IMG/VR virus record: IMGVR_UViG_3300021961_008224
DNA length: 64,000 nucleotides
Origin: an uncultured virus (IMG/VR IMGVR_UViG_3300021961_008224)
Lineage: Duplodnaviria; Heunggongvirae; Uroviricota; Caudoviricetes
Strand: one strand, 5' to 3'
The notes under the pieces are model-generated. The model was not told the origin of the DNA, did not search any database, and saw only the letters and a program-made list of their open reading frames with translations. A program made the translations under genes and the position numbers. The first letter of the stretch is position 1. Every line of letters starts with the position of its first letter. Shown piece after piece: positions 1 through 8,483 of the stretch.

Positions 1-103
1 CTAAAACGTTGCCGTTTACAGTTTTGAATCAGTTTTTACGGAATTAATTCAGTTCCGACGTGCCACCGATACGCAACAATGCCAATCGATTCCATTCATC
101 CCC
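1..103 (-). ncRNA. ssrA: tmRNA (transfer-messenger RNA), 5' portion; truncated by window start
   Basis: Minus strand begins GGGGATGAATGGAATCGA, a tmRNA-like 5' acceptor/D-loop. It is followed by an H-type pseudoknot (CGGAA/TTCCG and TGAATTA/TGATTCA, plus-strand 25-57), then an A-rich spacer and a candidate resume codon GGC (13..11; tag G-N-V-L...). A TATCTTTG promoter element lies about 20 nt upstream. Confidence 0.82.
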
Positions 104-122
104 ATATTTTCAAAGAACATTA

Positions 123-130
123 CAAAGATA
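123..130 (-). promoter_or_regulatory. Bacteroidota-type -7 promoter element (TATCTTTG) for tmRNA
   Basis: Matches the TAnnTTTG consensus, just upstream of the tmRNA 5' end. Confidence 0.6.
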
Positions 131-187
131 CAATTTGTTTTTTAAATATCCAAATGTTTGTTGTATTTATTGTTAAAGTAAATATAG

Positions 188-1216
188 ATGAAAATACTAA
201 AAGAATCAAATCCCGATTGGTTATATATGCAATTGCATATGTTTAAGAGAGGATTAGTTGATGGTAAAGGGATAAATGACGAATTAATATTTAATGTTAG
301 AGATAACGGTATTATTACTTTGAAATTTGAAAACGACGAACAGTATTTTAAATTATTTGACTTATCCGATGATGATGTTTGGTTTTTAAATAATCTATAT
401 TCGTCTTACGGTAATTTAGAAGTTTTTGACAGTTATAGAGCGGAAGAAGATTGGAGAGAAGGTTATGTTTTTCCATACTTTAATGATGAGAATAAAGAAT
501 TAATGGAGGAAATTAAAAGATTAATTGCCCCAAATTTAAACTTACAGGATGATGCTCAAGCGGTTGAATTTTGTAGATTACTTGAGGAGTTGTTTAATAA
601 TCGTGTTGATTATATTATTGGTGATTACGAATCTGAGATGGACTCAGGGATGAAAAACTCAATGGAGAAAGAAATTACTAAAGAATTATGTGATATTTTT
701 TTAGAAAACGGTATTCACAATACCCAAGGTTGTTTTTACAAATATATGACAACCGTAGATTCATTAATTAAGTTATACGATAAGTACGGTAATAAAAATA
801 GTGATTTATTAACGTTATTAAAAACTGTTGGTCACGACAAATCAGTTGATGGCGATTATTGGAGTAATATGTATGAATATATGGGGTCTAATGAATTTGA
901 TTCCGAATCATTTAATAGGTCAGTAAAATACCAGTTGGAGAACATCATCTCAGATATGGAGGATGGTGATAAGTTTGCAGATTTGGATGAATACAAAAAA
1001 TTAGTAACTTACGTTACCAAAAAATTTAAATACAATGTTTGGTATGGTAGACCTAAGGATGAAAATAAAATGATGTTTAAAGTCATAAGAATAAATCCTG
1101 AAACCAATAAAATAGAACTAGAATATAAGAAAAAGGGTACTATGGATTTTAAACGTGGTGATTATGATTTAGAACAATTTAATAATTTTTTATACCACCC
1201 AGAGTTGTTTGATTAA
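188..1216 (+). CDS. hypothetical acidic protein, possible head-internal protein
   Basis: 342-aa ORF preceded by TATTTAT (164-170); begins MKILKE. Confidence 0.75.
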   Translation: MKILKESNPDWLYMQLHMFKRGLVDGKGINDELIFNVRDNGIITLKFENDEQYFKLFDLSDDDVWFLNNLYSSYGNLEVFDSYRAEEDWREGYVFPYFNDENKELMEEIKRLIAPNLNLQDDAQAVEFCRLLEELFNNRVDYIIGDYESEMDSGMKNSMEKEITKELCDIFLENGIHNTQGCFYKYMTTVDSLIKLYDKYGNKNSDLLTLLKTVGHDKSVDGDYWSNMYEYMGSNEFDSESFNRSVKYQLENIISDMEDGDKFADLDEYKKLVTYVTKKFKYNVWYGRPKDENKMMFKVIRINPETNKIELEYKKKGTMDFKRGDYDLEQFNNFLYHPELFD

Positions 1217-1235
1217 ATTATTTTACTTATCTTTG
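1205..1235 (+). promoter_or_regulatory. Bacteroidota-type promoter (TTG-N20-TATCTTTG)
   Basis: TTG at 1205-1207 and TATCTTTG at 1228-1235, upstream of the peptidase ATG at 1255. Confidence 0.6.
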
Positions 1236-1254
1236 TGTCTAATATACTAAAATT

Positions 1255-2085
1255 ATGGCAAGAGATTTGCAGTTACTTAAGGAAGTACTTTCAGTGCCTA
1301 CTTACACATATCAAGAAGATTTAATGGTTCAGTTTATTGTTGACTGGTTAAAGTCTAATAATATTGAACACTACGTTGACGAACATTTAAATGTTTACGC
1401 TATAAAACAAACAGGAGAACTTCCTGAAGACTTTGTTTTTCCTTGTGTCGTCGCACATACTGATACGGTTCACAAATTAGATACTATTAATGTTAGAGAA
1501 GAAATGTTGCCTAATTCTAACGGTGATTTAAAACTTTCACTAAAAGCGTACAACGATAACGGACTACCAACAGGAATTGGTGGTGATGATAAATGCGGGG
1601 TATTTGCCTGTTTTGAATTACTAAAAGAACTTCCAAACCTTAAAGCCGCATTTTTTGTATCTGAAGAAACAGGTTGTCACGGTTCAAAAATGGCAGACCC
1701 AAGTTTCTTTACTAACGTTGGATATGCAATTCAATTCGACGCTCCCGAAAATTGGATGGTAACTGAAACTTGTTATGGTGCTAGATTATTTGATAAAGAA
1801 GGGGAATTCTTTGAAAAATGTGATAAGGTAATAACCGAAAGTATGAATGAGAAACGTCAGTATATGGTACACCCATACACAGATGTATACGCATTGAAGA
1901 CTAAGTTTGATTTCTCCTGTATTAACTTCTCAATCGGATATTACCGATACCACACTAACCAAGAGTATGTTGTGGTTGAAGATACGTTTAATGGTGTTGA
2001 TATGGGTAAACAAATGATAGAGTCATTAGGGTATCAAAAATATACACACGAAAGACAAAAATCATCAACCTTTAGATATTGGTAA
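1255..2085 (+). CDS. Zn-dependent peptidase, M20/M28/M42 clan
   Basis: Metal-ligand motifs AHTDTV, GGDDKCG, SEETG and a C-terminal YHT. Confidence 0.85.
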   Translation: MARDLQLLKEVLSVPTYTYQEDLMVQFIVDWLKSNNIEHYVDEHLNVYAIKQTGELPEDFVFPCVVAHTDTVHKLDTINVREEMLPNSNGDLKLSLKAYNDNGLPTGIGGDDKCGVFACFELLKELPNLKAAFFVSEETGCHGSKMADPSFFTNVGYAIQFDAPENWMVTETCYGARLFDKEGEFFEKCDKVITESMNEKRQYMVHPYTDVYALKTKFDFSCINFSIGYYRYHTNQEYVVVEDTFNGVDMGKQMIESLGYQKYTHERQKSSTFRYW

Positions 2086-2090
2086 AAATA

Positions 2091-2119
2091 AAACCCCTTC
2101 GGAAACGGAGGGGTTTTTT
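2091..2119 (+). terminator. intrinsic terminator
   Basis: CCCCTTCG-GAAA-CGGAGGGG hairpin flanked by A and T tracts. Confidence 0.85.
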
Positions 2120-2139
2120 AATTAAAGGGTATTTATAGT

Positions 2140-2358
2140 ATGAAATATTTTATAAGATACTCTCTTTCTTGGATATCACAAAACCTATCAATACCTTTTT
2201 GGATTGTTGGTCATATTCACTTAACTATGAATGTCTATGAAGACATTTATGAAATACTAATGTCTGTGGGAATGAATATTATTGTAGGTGTTGGGTTTTT
2301 TCTTGATTTTTTAGATTATAAAAAAGACAAAATTAATGATAAAAAAAAGGGGTATTAA
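2140..2358 (+). CDS. small putative membrane protein
   Basis: 72 aa with two hydrophobic stretches and a basic C-terminus; TATTTATA at 2130-2137. Confidence 0.55.
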   Translation: MKYFIRYSLSWISQNLSIPFWIVGHIHLTMNVYEDIYEILMSVGMNIIVGVGFFLDFLDYKKDKINDKKKGY

Positions 2359-2369
2359 ACCCCTTTTTT
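2341..2369. terminator. bidirectional terminator overlapping two convergent gene ends
   Basis: A8-GGGGT-ATTAA-ACCCC-T-tract inverted repeat at the junction of 2140..2358(+) and 2355..4379(-). Confidence 0.65.
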
Positions 2370-4379
2370 CTTTTTAGACTGAATTGATACAGTCTCACCA
2401 TCTTCGGTAGTTAAAACGTATTTAACACCCTCTTTAATGTTATTTCTAAGAACTTCTTCCGAGATGTAATCCTCAACCTTATCTTGGATTGCTCTTTTTA
2501 GAGGACGTGCTCCGTACATTTCATCAAAACCTACTTTCGAAATCATTTCAGAAATTGACTTATCAAACGTGATTTGATATTTCATACTATCTAAACGAAC
2601 TTTTAACTTATCTAATTCGATAGCGACAATTTTATCAACGTCGTTTTGACCTAAACTATTAAAGATAATAGTATCATCAATACGGTTTAAGAATTCAGGT
2701 GAAAAGAATTTTTTCAATTCTTTCTGTAGTGTTTGTTTTCTTAATTCTTCGTTAACAAAAGCGTTATTAGAATTTGAGAACCCAACACCATTACCAAAGT
2801 CTTGTAATTTTTTAACCCCTAAGTTTGATGTCATAATGATGATACAATTCTTAAAGTTAATTTTACGACCTAAACCATCCGTCATATGTCCATCATCCAA
2901 CATTTGAAGTAAAGATGAGAAAATATCTTTATTTGCCTTCTCAATCTCGTCAAATAAGATTACCGAATAAGGTTTATTTTTAACTTGTTCAGTTAATTGA
3001 CCTCCCTCATCATAACCAACATATCCTGGAGGTGCTCCGATTAAACGAGATACGGTATGTTTCTCTTGGTACTCAGACATATCCACACGGATTAACGAAT
3101 CTTCACTACCAAACACTTCTTTAGCTAATTGTTTCGCTAAATAAGTTTTACCAACACCTGTGGACCCTAAGAAAATAAATGAACCGATTGGTCGATTTGG
3201 GTCTTTAATACCTAAACGATTTCTTTTAATTGATTTTGCAATACGTTTAACCGCCTCTTCTTGACCAATAACTTTGGTATTTAAAGTTTTATCTAAATCG
3301 ACTAAAGCCTTAGTATCATCCGCATTCAATTTACTAACAGGGATTTTAGTCATATTAGAAACAACATCGTAAACTAATTCTAAAGAAACTTCTTTACGTT
3401 TTGTAGTCAAATCTTGCTCGAATTTTTTCTTCTCCTCATCAAGTTTTGACAAAATCTTTCTCTCCTTATCTCTAAGTTCTGCGGCCTCCTCATAACGTTG
3501 ATTTTTAACAACCTCAACCTTTTGGTTCTTAATATCAAGTGCTTTGGTTTTTAACTCTTCAATAATTTCAGGAAGTTTCATATCAACCTGACTACGTGCC
3601 CCAACCTCATCAAGAATATCAATTGCTTTATCAGGGAATTCTCTATCTGTGATATAACGTTCCGCCAAAGTTACACAAGTCTCAAGAACTTCATCACTGA
3701 AGGATACCTTATGAAACCCCTCATACTTGTCTTTAAGATTTTTAAGGATGACCAAAGTTTCTTCTTTAGTTGCCCCATCAACAATAACCTTTTGAAAACG
3801 ACGCTCTAACGCCCCATCTTTTTCAAAGTTTTTACGATATTCGTCTAATGTTGTCGCTCCGATACATTGGATTTCTCCACGAGCGAGTGCGGGTTTAAAG
3901 ATATTTGAAGCATCTAACGACCCTGAAGAATTACCTGCACCAACTATTGTATGAATTTCATCAATAAAGATGATAATGTCAGGGTTGGCCTGAAGTTCTT
4001 CAATAAGAACTTTCATTCTTTCTTCAAATTGACCACGGTATTTTGTACCAGCAACAATCGAAGTCATATCTAATGAAAGAATTCTTTTGTCGGCTAGATT
4101 TCTTGGACAATCCCCTTCATAGATTTTCATTGCCAAACCTTCAACAATTGCGGTTTTACCACAACCAGGTTCTCCAATGATAATTGGGTTATTTTTCTTT
4201 CTACGGGAAAGTATTTGAGCAATACGTAAGATTTCTTTCTCTCTACCTACTACAGGGTCTAATTTACCTTGTTCGGCAAGTTTAATCAAATCACGACTAA
4301 AATTGTCTAAAGCGGGTGTTGATGAGTCAGAAGGTCGTTTGTTCTCTTTTCTGTTGTCATTGTCCATTGATTCTATCAT
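2355..4379 (-). CDS. clpC: ClpC-type Hsp100 AAA+ ATPase lacking the N-terminal Clp-N domain
   Basis: Two AAA modules ([14 protein letters not shown] and [15 protein letters not shown]), pore loops KYRG and GYVG, a UVR-like middle coil ([11 protein letters not shown]) and a ClpP-docking VGF loop. Confidence 0.9.
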   Translation of the reverse strand: MIESMDNDNRKENKRPSDSSTPALDNFSRDLIKLAEQGKLDPVVGREKEILRIAQILSRRKKNNPIIIGEPGCGKTAIVEGLAMKIYEGDCPRNLADKRILSLDMTSIVAGTKYRGQFEERMKVLIEELQANPDIIIFIDEIHTIVGAGNSSGSLDASNIFKPALARGEIQCIGATTLDEYRKNFEKDGALERRFQKVIVDGATKEETLVILKNLKDKYEGFHKVSFSDEVLETCVTLAERYITDREFPDKAIDILDEVGARSQVDMKLPEIIEELKTKALDIKNQKVEVVKNQRYEEAAELRDKERKILSKLDEEKKKFEQDLTTKRKEVSLELVYDVVSNMTKIPVSKLNADDTKALVDLDKTLNTKVIGQEEAVKRIAKSIKRNRLGIKDPNRPIGSFIFLGSTGVGKTYLAKQLAKEVFGSEDSLIRVDMSEYQEKHTVSRLIGAPPGYVGYDEGGQLTEQVKNKPYSVILFDEIEKANKDIFSSLLQMLDDGHMTDGLGRKINFKNCIIIMTSNLGVKKLQDFGNGVGFSNSNNAFVNEELRKQTLQKELKKFFSPEFLNRIDDTIIFNSLGQNDVDKIVAIELDKLKVRLDSMKYQITFDKSISEMISKVGFDEMYGARPLKRAIQDKVEDYISEEVLRNNIKEGVKYVLTTEDGETVSIQSKKKKGV

Positions 4380-4396
4380 ATTATTTTATTTTTTTA

Positions 4397-4404
4397 CAAA
4401 GGTA
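4397..4404 (-). promoter_or_regulatory. Bacteroidota-type -7 element (TACCTTTG) for clpC
   Basis: TAnnTTTG match 17 nt upstream of the clpC start. Confidence 0.55.
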
Positions 4405-4430
4405 CAAAAATTATTCTAAAAATCCAATAT

Positions 4431-4497
4431 TGACATAATGTCAGGTGATAATATTTATATATGACATTGTGTCACATAAGGGTATTGACTTATGACA
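4431..4497. promoter_or_regulatory. phased palindromic operator array TGACA-N3-TGTCA
   Basis: TGACATAATGTCA (4431-4443), TGACATTGTGTCA (4462-4474) and a TGACA half-site (4493-4497), all 31 bp apart. Confidence 0.7.
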
Positions 4498-4581
4498 ATA
4501 TTTCTTTTATTATTGTTACGGTACAAATTTAGATAGAATAATTGAAAATAAAAAATAAATTTAAAACAAAATTTTAAAACT

Positions 4582-5028
4582 ATGATTTTCGGAAGAAGAA
4601 AAAACAATTTTAATGACTTATTTAACGAATTCGACTCAATGTTTAGTCAATTCGATTCAATTTTTGGTGGTCTACCAAATAAAAGTGAGGTTGAGAAGGG
4701 AACCGACGAATTAGGTAATTGGACAAAAGAGACTTTTATTTCTGATGATGGTTCTGTACACGTCACAAGTTTTATTAGAACGGGTGGTAGTAGAAATGTA
4801 AAATCAAACGACGATTCAGTAATTAATGATTTAAAAAGAAAACTTAAATCTGCAGTTGAATCTGAAAAATTTGAAGAAGCGGTTAAACTTAGAGACCAAA
4901 TTAAAAAATACGAGTCTAATCAAGAAGAGATTTCTAAATTAGAACTAGAACTTAAAAAATCTATAAACGACCAAGATTTTGAAAAGTCGATTGAATTGAG
5001 AGATATGTTGAAAAAACTAAAGTCATAA
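4582..5028 (+). CDS. twin UvrB/UvrC (UVR) motif protein, putative ClpC partner (McsA-like coil, no Zn fingers)
   Basis: Two UVR motifs, AVESEKFEEAVKLRDQI and SINDQDFEKSIELRDML; divergent from clpC. Confidence 0.75.
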   Translation: MIFGRRKNNFNDLFNEFDSMFSQFDSIFGGLPNKSEVEKGTDELGNWTKETFISDDGSVHVTSFIRTGGSRNVKSNDDSVINDLKRKLKSAVESEKFEEAVKLRDQIKKYESNQEEISKLELELKKSINDQDFEKSIELRDMLKKLKS

Positions 5029-5031
5029 AAC

Positions 5032-5057
5032 AAACCCCCAATCAATGGGGGTTTTTT
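5032..5057 (+). terminator. intrinsic terminator
   Basis: AAACCCCCA-ATCAA-TGGGGGTTTTTT. Confidence 0.85.
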
Positions 5058-5078
5058 ATTTTTAATATATTTATGTCT

Positions 5079-5378
5079 ATGAGACCTTTTGAGAAATATA
5101 TAAAACAACTTGACGCTGATAGTCAGTTACAAAAAATTTATCGTAAATTACGTCATTGTTTTAAACGAGAAGGATGGTCCGAAGAAGACTTAGTTAAACC
5201 TCCATATTATCCACAAGATATTATGAAATATTATCAAGACTTTAGTAGTGAACATAAAAGGTTATTTAATGAGGTTAGGATGTATTTTGATATTGACCAT
5301 AATGAGTTTATTGATTATCTTAAGAAAGAGATGAAACACATTGATGAAGAAACTCCACTAAATAATCCAAATGATTAA
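5079..5378 (+). CDS. hypothetical protein
   Basis: The ORF's first ATG (5073) overlaps the TATTTAT motif, so 5079 is the likelier start. Confidence 0.65.
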   Translation: MRPFEKYIKQLDADSQLQKIYRKLRHCFKREGWSEEDLVKPPYYPQDIMKYYQDFSSEHKRLFNEVRMYFDIDHNEFIDYLKKEMKHIDEETPLNNPND

Positions 5379-5625
5379 TGATATGGGAATCAAAAAAGAA
5401 ACGATATTAGGTACTAAAATTATTAACGAAATAGACTCAACAAATTTGGTTAAAACCGAGTATGATACTGAAACAAGTAAACTTGTTGTTGAGTTTAAAA
5501 ATGGAACTAAATATGAGTACGATGACGTTACTCATAAAACTTATACTCAGTTTAGAATGGCTGAATCACAGGGTAAGTTTTTCAATACAAACATTTCTAA
5601 GGTACATAAATACAAAAAGGTTTAA
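5371..5625 (+). CDS. KTSC domain protein
   Basis: DSTNL..EYD....LVVEFKNG..YEY..V......F..AESQGKFFN..I matches the KTSC pattern. Confidence 0.85.
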   Translation: MINDMGIKKETILGTKIINEIDSTNLVKTEYDTETSKLVVEFKNGTKYEYDDVTHKTYTQFRMAESQGKFFNTNISKVHKYKKV

Positions 5626-5655
5626 CAAAGTTAACTTTTTAAGTATTTATGTATA

Positions 5656-6441
5656 ATGGGACAACAATCTGAAATTTTAAAAAGTTTTTTATTGCAGGAT
5701 GAATTAAATCCTGATGTTTGGGTATTACCCAACGAAAGATTTATGTCCGACCCTAAAGGACAGGTTGAAACTATGAAACCTGAAATTAGAGAAAGACTAC
5801 TTGAGATAGCTTATGAATTTATAGAGTTCTTAGACGTTCCAGTATTTGTTGGTGATATAATTCTAACAGGGTCACTATCAAATTATAATTGGTCAAAATT
5901 TTCAGACTTTGATTTACACTTATTAATCGACTTTGACCAATTCCCAAAAGAATCAGTTGAGTTATATCAAAAACTTTTTAATCTTAAAAAAATGTTGTTC
6001 AACAACACTCACGACATTACTATAAAAAAATATGAAGTTGAGTTGTATGCTCAAGATGAAAAGGAACCTCACGAAAGTACGGGGGTTTATTCTGTATTAT
6101 TCGATGAGTGGATTAAGAAACCAAAAAAAGAAGACGTTAGTATTAACATTGATGAGATTAAACATAAATCAGAACAATGGATGGAAATAATTGACGGTGT
6201 AATTGAAAACGCTGGAGATGAAGAACTAGAGGATGCTAAAGAATTAATCAAAAAATATAAAGAAAAAATAAAGAAATTTAGACAGTGTGGTTTAGAAAAG
6301 GGTGGAGAATATTCTAACGAAAACTTGGTATTTAAGGTACTAAGACGAAATGGGTATATTGAAAAACTTTATGATTTTGAAAATAAACTAACAGATGAAA
6401 GACTATCATTACAAGAGAAGATTAACAAATCTTTGAAATAA
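5656..6441 (+). CDS. Pol-beta-superfamily nucleotidyltransferase-like protein
   Basis: hGS-x(10)-DhD motif (LTGSLSNYNWSKFSDFDLH) and a later candidate third acid (EVELY); TATTTAT at 5644-5650. Confidence 0.7.
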   Translation: MGQQSEILKSFLLQDELNPDVWVLPNERFMSDPKGQVETMKPEIRERLLEIAYEFIEFLDVPVFVGDIILTGSLSNYNWSKFSDFDLHLLIDFDQFPKESVELYQKLFNLKKMLFNNTHDITIKKYEVELYAQDEKEPHESTGVYSVLFDEWIKKPKKEDVSINIDEIKHKSEQWMEIIDGVIENAGDEELEDAKELIKKYKEKIKKFRQCGLEKGGEYSNENLVFKVLRRNGYIEKLYDFENKLTDERLSLQEKINKSLK

Positions 6442-6477
6442 TGGTTAGTTTGATATATTTATAGATAAAAAAATACT

Positions 6478-6660
6478 ATGGCAACAACATATAGCGCTGG
6501 AACATTTACGTCCGAAATTTGTGTAGTGTGCGACACTGACCAAGGGACTACTGCAACTTACGTTGACACCCCACATCCAACATACACTAATGGTGCTGGT
6601 GATGCGGTTGTACAATTACAAATGGTTACATTAGGAGGACCTAATGGGTTAAACAGTTAA
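6478..6660 (+). CDS. small hypothetical late protein
   Basis: 60-aa ORF after TATTTATA (6456-6463), with an A-rich leader. Confidence 0.6.
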   Translation: MATTYSAGTFTSEICVVCDTDQGTTATYVDTPHPTYTNGAGDAVVQLQMVTLGGPNGLNS

Positions 6661-6690
6661 TAAATTAAAAAAAGTTAAAATAAAAATAAA

Positions 6691-8076
6691 ATGGCAGATT
6701 TAAAACCAATAGGAAGTGAAAAACTTCAAGGTATGGAAAAAATACAAAGGATTCTTGAAATCGCAAGATTTAACGAGAGTACCCCATCCCGAATTAATGA
6801 AACGTCTAAAAACGAATATAGCCTTCAACTTGCTGACGGTAATGAATACCAAATTGTTAGAGAAAAGACAGGTTATATTATTAAACAAACTATTTCAGAA
6901 TCAGAGGTCGATTATATCGCACCTATGAGAGAAAGAAAATATTATGATTCATATTCTCAAGCGTTAAAAAGATTAAATTTAATGGCTAAAGAAATGAATG
7001 AATTATATGGTAATGATGAAGGTACATCATTGTTTTCGGAACAAAAAAGATTTACATTAAAAACTCCGAAATCAGAAAAAAAAAATTCTAACCCTACCGA
7101 CGAGGTAGAAAATGTACCACCTCCACCACCAGCTCCACCCGCGGCTCCTTTAGGGGATGTCCCACCTCCACCTCCTGCTCCAACAGATGATATGGGAGAT
7201 GTTCCACCACCACCCCCATCACCAACAGGTGATATGGGAACGGATGATATGGGAACTGACGATATGGGAACTGACGATATGGGAACGGATGATATGGAAG
7301 GTAATGAAGAAAATGACGAGGTTGTAACATTCAAAACAATACAAAAACTTACAGGTAAATTAGGTCAAAAATTAAGAACGTTAAATTCTTCTGAAGATGA
7401 AGAAGAATCTATGTCATCAAAAGACATTAAGTACGTTATTAATTCAATATTGTCTGCGTTAGATTTGGAAAAATTAGATGAAGACGATATGGAAGATATT
7501 GTTAACAAATTAGAAGGTGCGGAAGAAGAATTCAATCCTGAAGAAAAATTTGGTAATGATGACGAAGAAAATGACGAAGATAATTTTGACGAGGAACAAC
7601 CAATTCCTGGTGATGAAGAACCTATTGGTTTTGGAGAAATGAGTGAAGAAAACGCTTGGGCTGACTTAGGTAATGATATTGCACAAACAACGGCATTAAA
7701 AGCAACAGGTGCAAGATTTGGTTCTGACGGTGGTGAGATGAGTGAAGATTCTAAACATTTAGATAGTATCGCTAGTTCAATGTTCGAATCTAAAATTGAA
7801 GATACGTTAATGAAATATTTTACTATAACTGAAAGTGAAAAGAAATTTAACAAAACAATTAATGAAGAAAGAAAAGTAAAAACTAAAATTACTTTGTCTG
7901 AATTAAATGGTGAAATCAAAAGACTATCTGAATCAATACAACAAGAGGTTAGTGCTAAAAAATTCCTAAAAGAAAATGTTAACGCTAAACTTGTTGGTAA
8001 AACAAATAAGAAAAACTTAGTATTTGAATTAGGTTATAAACAATATAAAATATCACCTAAAGGTAGTCTTATATGA
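6691..8076 (+). CDS. acidic Pro-rich protein, possible prohead core or internal protein
   Basis: 461 aa with poly-Pro tracts, TDDMG repeats and many [ILM]-x-E sites; lies upstream of the head module. Confidence 0.7.
   Translation: MADLKPIGSEKLQGMEKIQRILEIARFNESTPSRINETSKNEYSLQLADGNEYQIVREKTGYIIKQTISESEVDYIAPMRERKYYDSYSQALKRLNLMAKEMNELYGNDEGTSLFSEQKRFTLKTPKSEKKNSNPTDEVENVPPPPPAPPAAPLGDVPPPPPAPTDDMGDVPPPPPSPTGDMGTDDMGTDDMGTDDMGTDDMEGNEENDEVVTFKTIQKLTGKLGQKLRTLNSSEDEEESMSSKDIKYVINSILSALDLEKLDEDDMEDIVNKLEGAEEEFNPEEKFGNDDEENDEDNFDEEQPIPGDEEPIGFGEMSEENAWADLGNDIAQTTALKATGARFGSDGGEMSEDSKHLDSIASSMFESKIEDTLMKYFTITESEKKFNKTINEERKVKTKITLSELNGEIKRLSESIQQEVSAKKFLKENVNAKLVGKTNKKNLVFELGYKQYKISPKGSLI
7231..7297 (+). 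repeat. 15-bp coding tandem repeat (GATATGGGAACKGAY, about 4.5 copies; DMGTD)
   Basis: Read directly from the sequence. Confidence 0.9.
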
Positions 8077-8483
8077 GTTATTTAGTCTTTATAAATGGGT
8101 TAGGTCCTAACTATAAAGGGGATAATATGTATGAGTTTATTTTTTCTGAAGATAAAACTGATATTTGGGATGAAAGTTGGGAGGCAAAACCTTCCAACGG
8201 TTACCCTAAACCACCTGAACTTGATTATATAAAAAAAGTCGGAGTACTGAAAAATACCTCAATAGAGTTAGAATTAATACAGAACTCTGATTTTTTTAGT
8301 TTTATGGATTGTATGGATGGGGTGATTGCCTTAGGTTGGGAGAAAGAAAATGAAAATACTGATTTTACAGTTACTAAACGATTAGTATTTAATTTTGGTG
8401 AAACCGAACAAGAGGTTAAAAATAAATTATACGAACGAGATGTCGTTCTTGAATTTGAAAAAAAAGTAGTATATGAAAACTAA
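8073..8483 (+). CDS. hypothetical protein
   Basis: 136-aa ORF overlapping both neighbouring genes. Confidence 0.75.
   Translation: MSYLVFINGLGPNYKGDNMYEFIFSEDKTDIWDESWEAKPSNGYPKPPELDYIKKVGVLKNTSIELELIQNSDFFSFMDCMDGVIALGWEKENENTDFTVTKRLVFNFGETEQEVKNKLYERDVVLEFEKKVVYEN

Noticed and set aside
4518..4533. Possible sigma-54 promoter (CGGTAC-N-TTTAGA) downstream of the TGACA boxes
   Set aside because: It deviates from TGGCAC-N5-TTGC at several key positions and is too weak to call, though worth rechecking if the boxes prove to be enhancer sites.
6957..7919. Antisense Ser/Gly-rich ORFs opposite 6691..8076
   Set aside because: They are reverse-complement shadows of Asp/Glu/Pro-rich coding sequence and have no independent signals.
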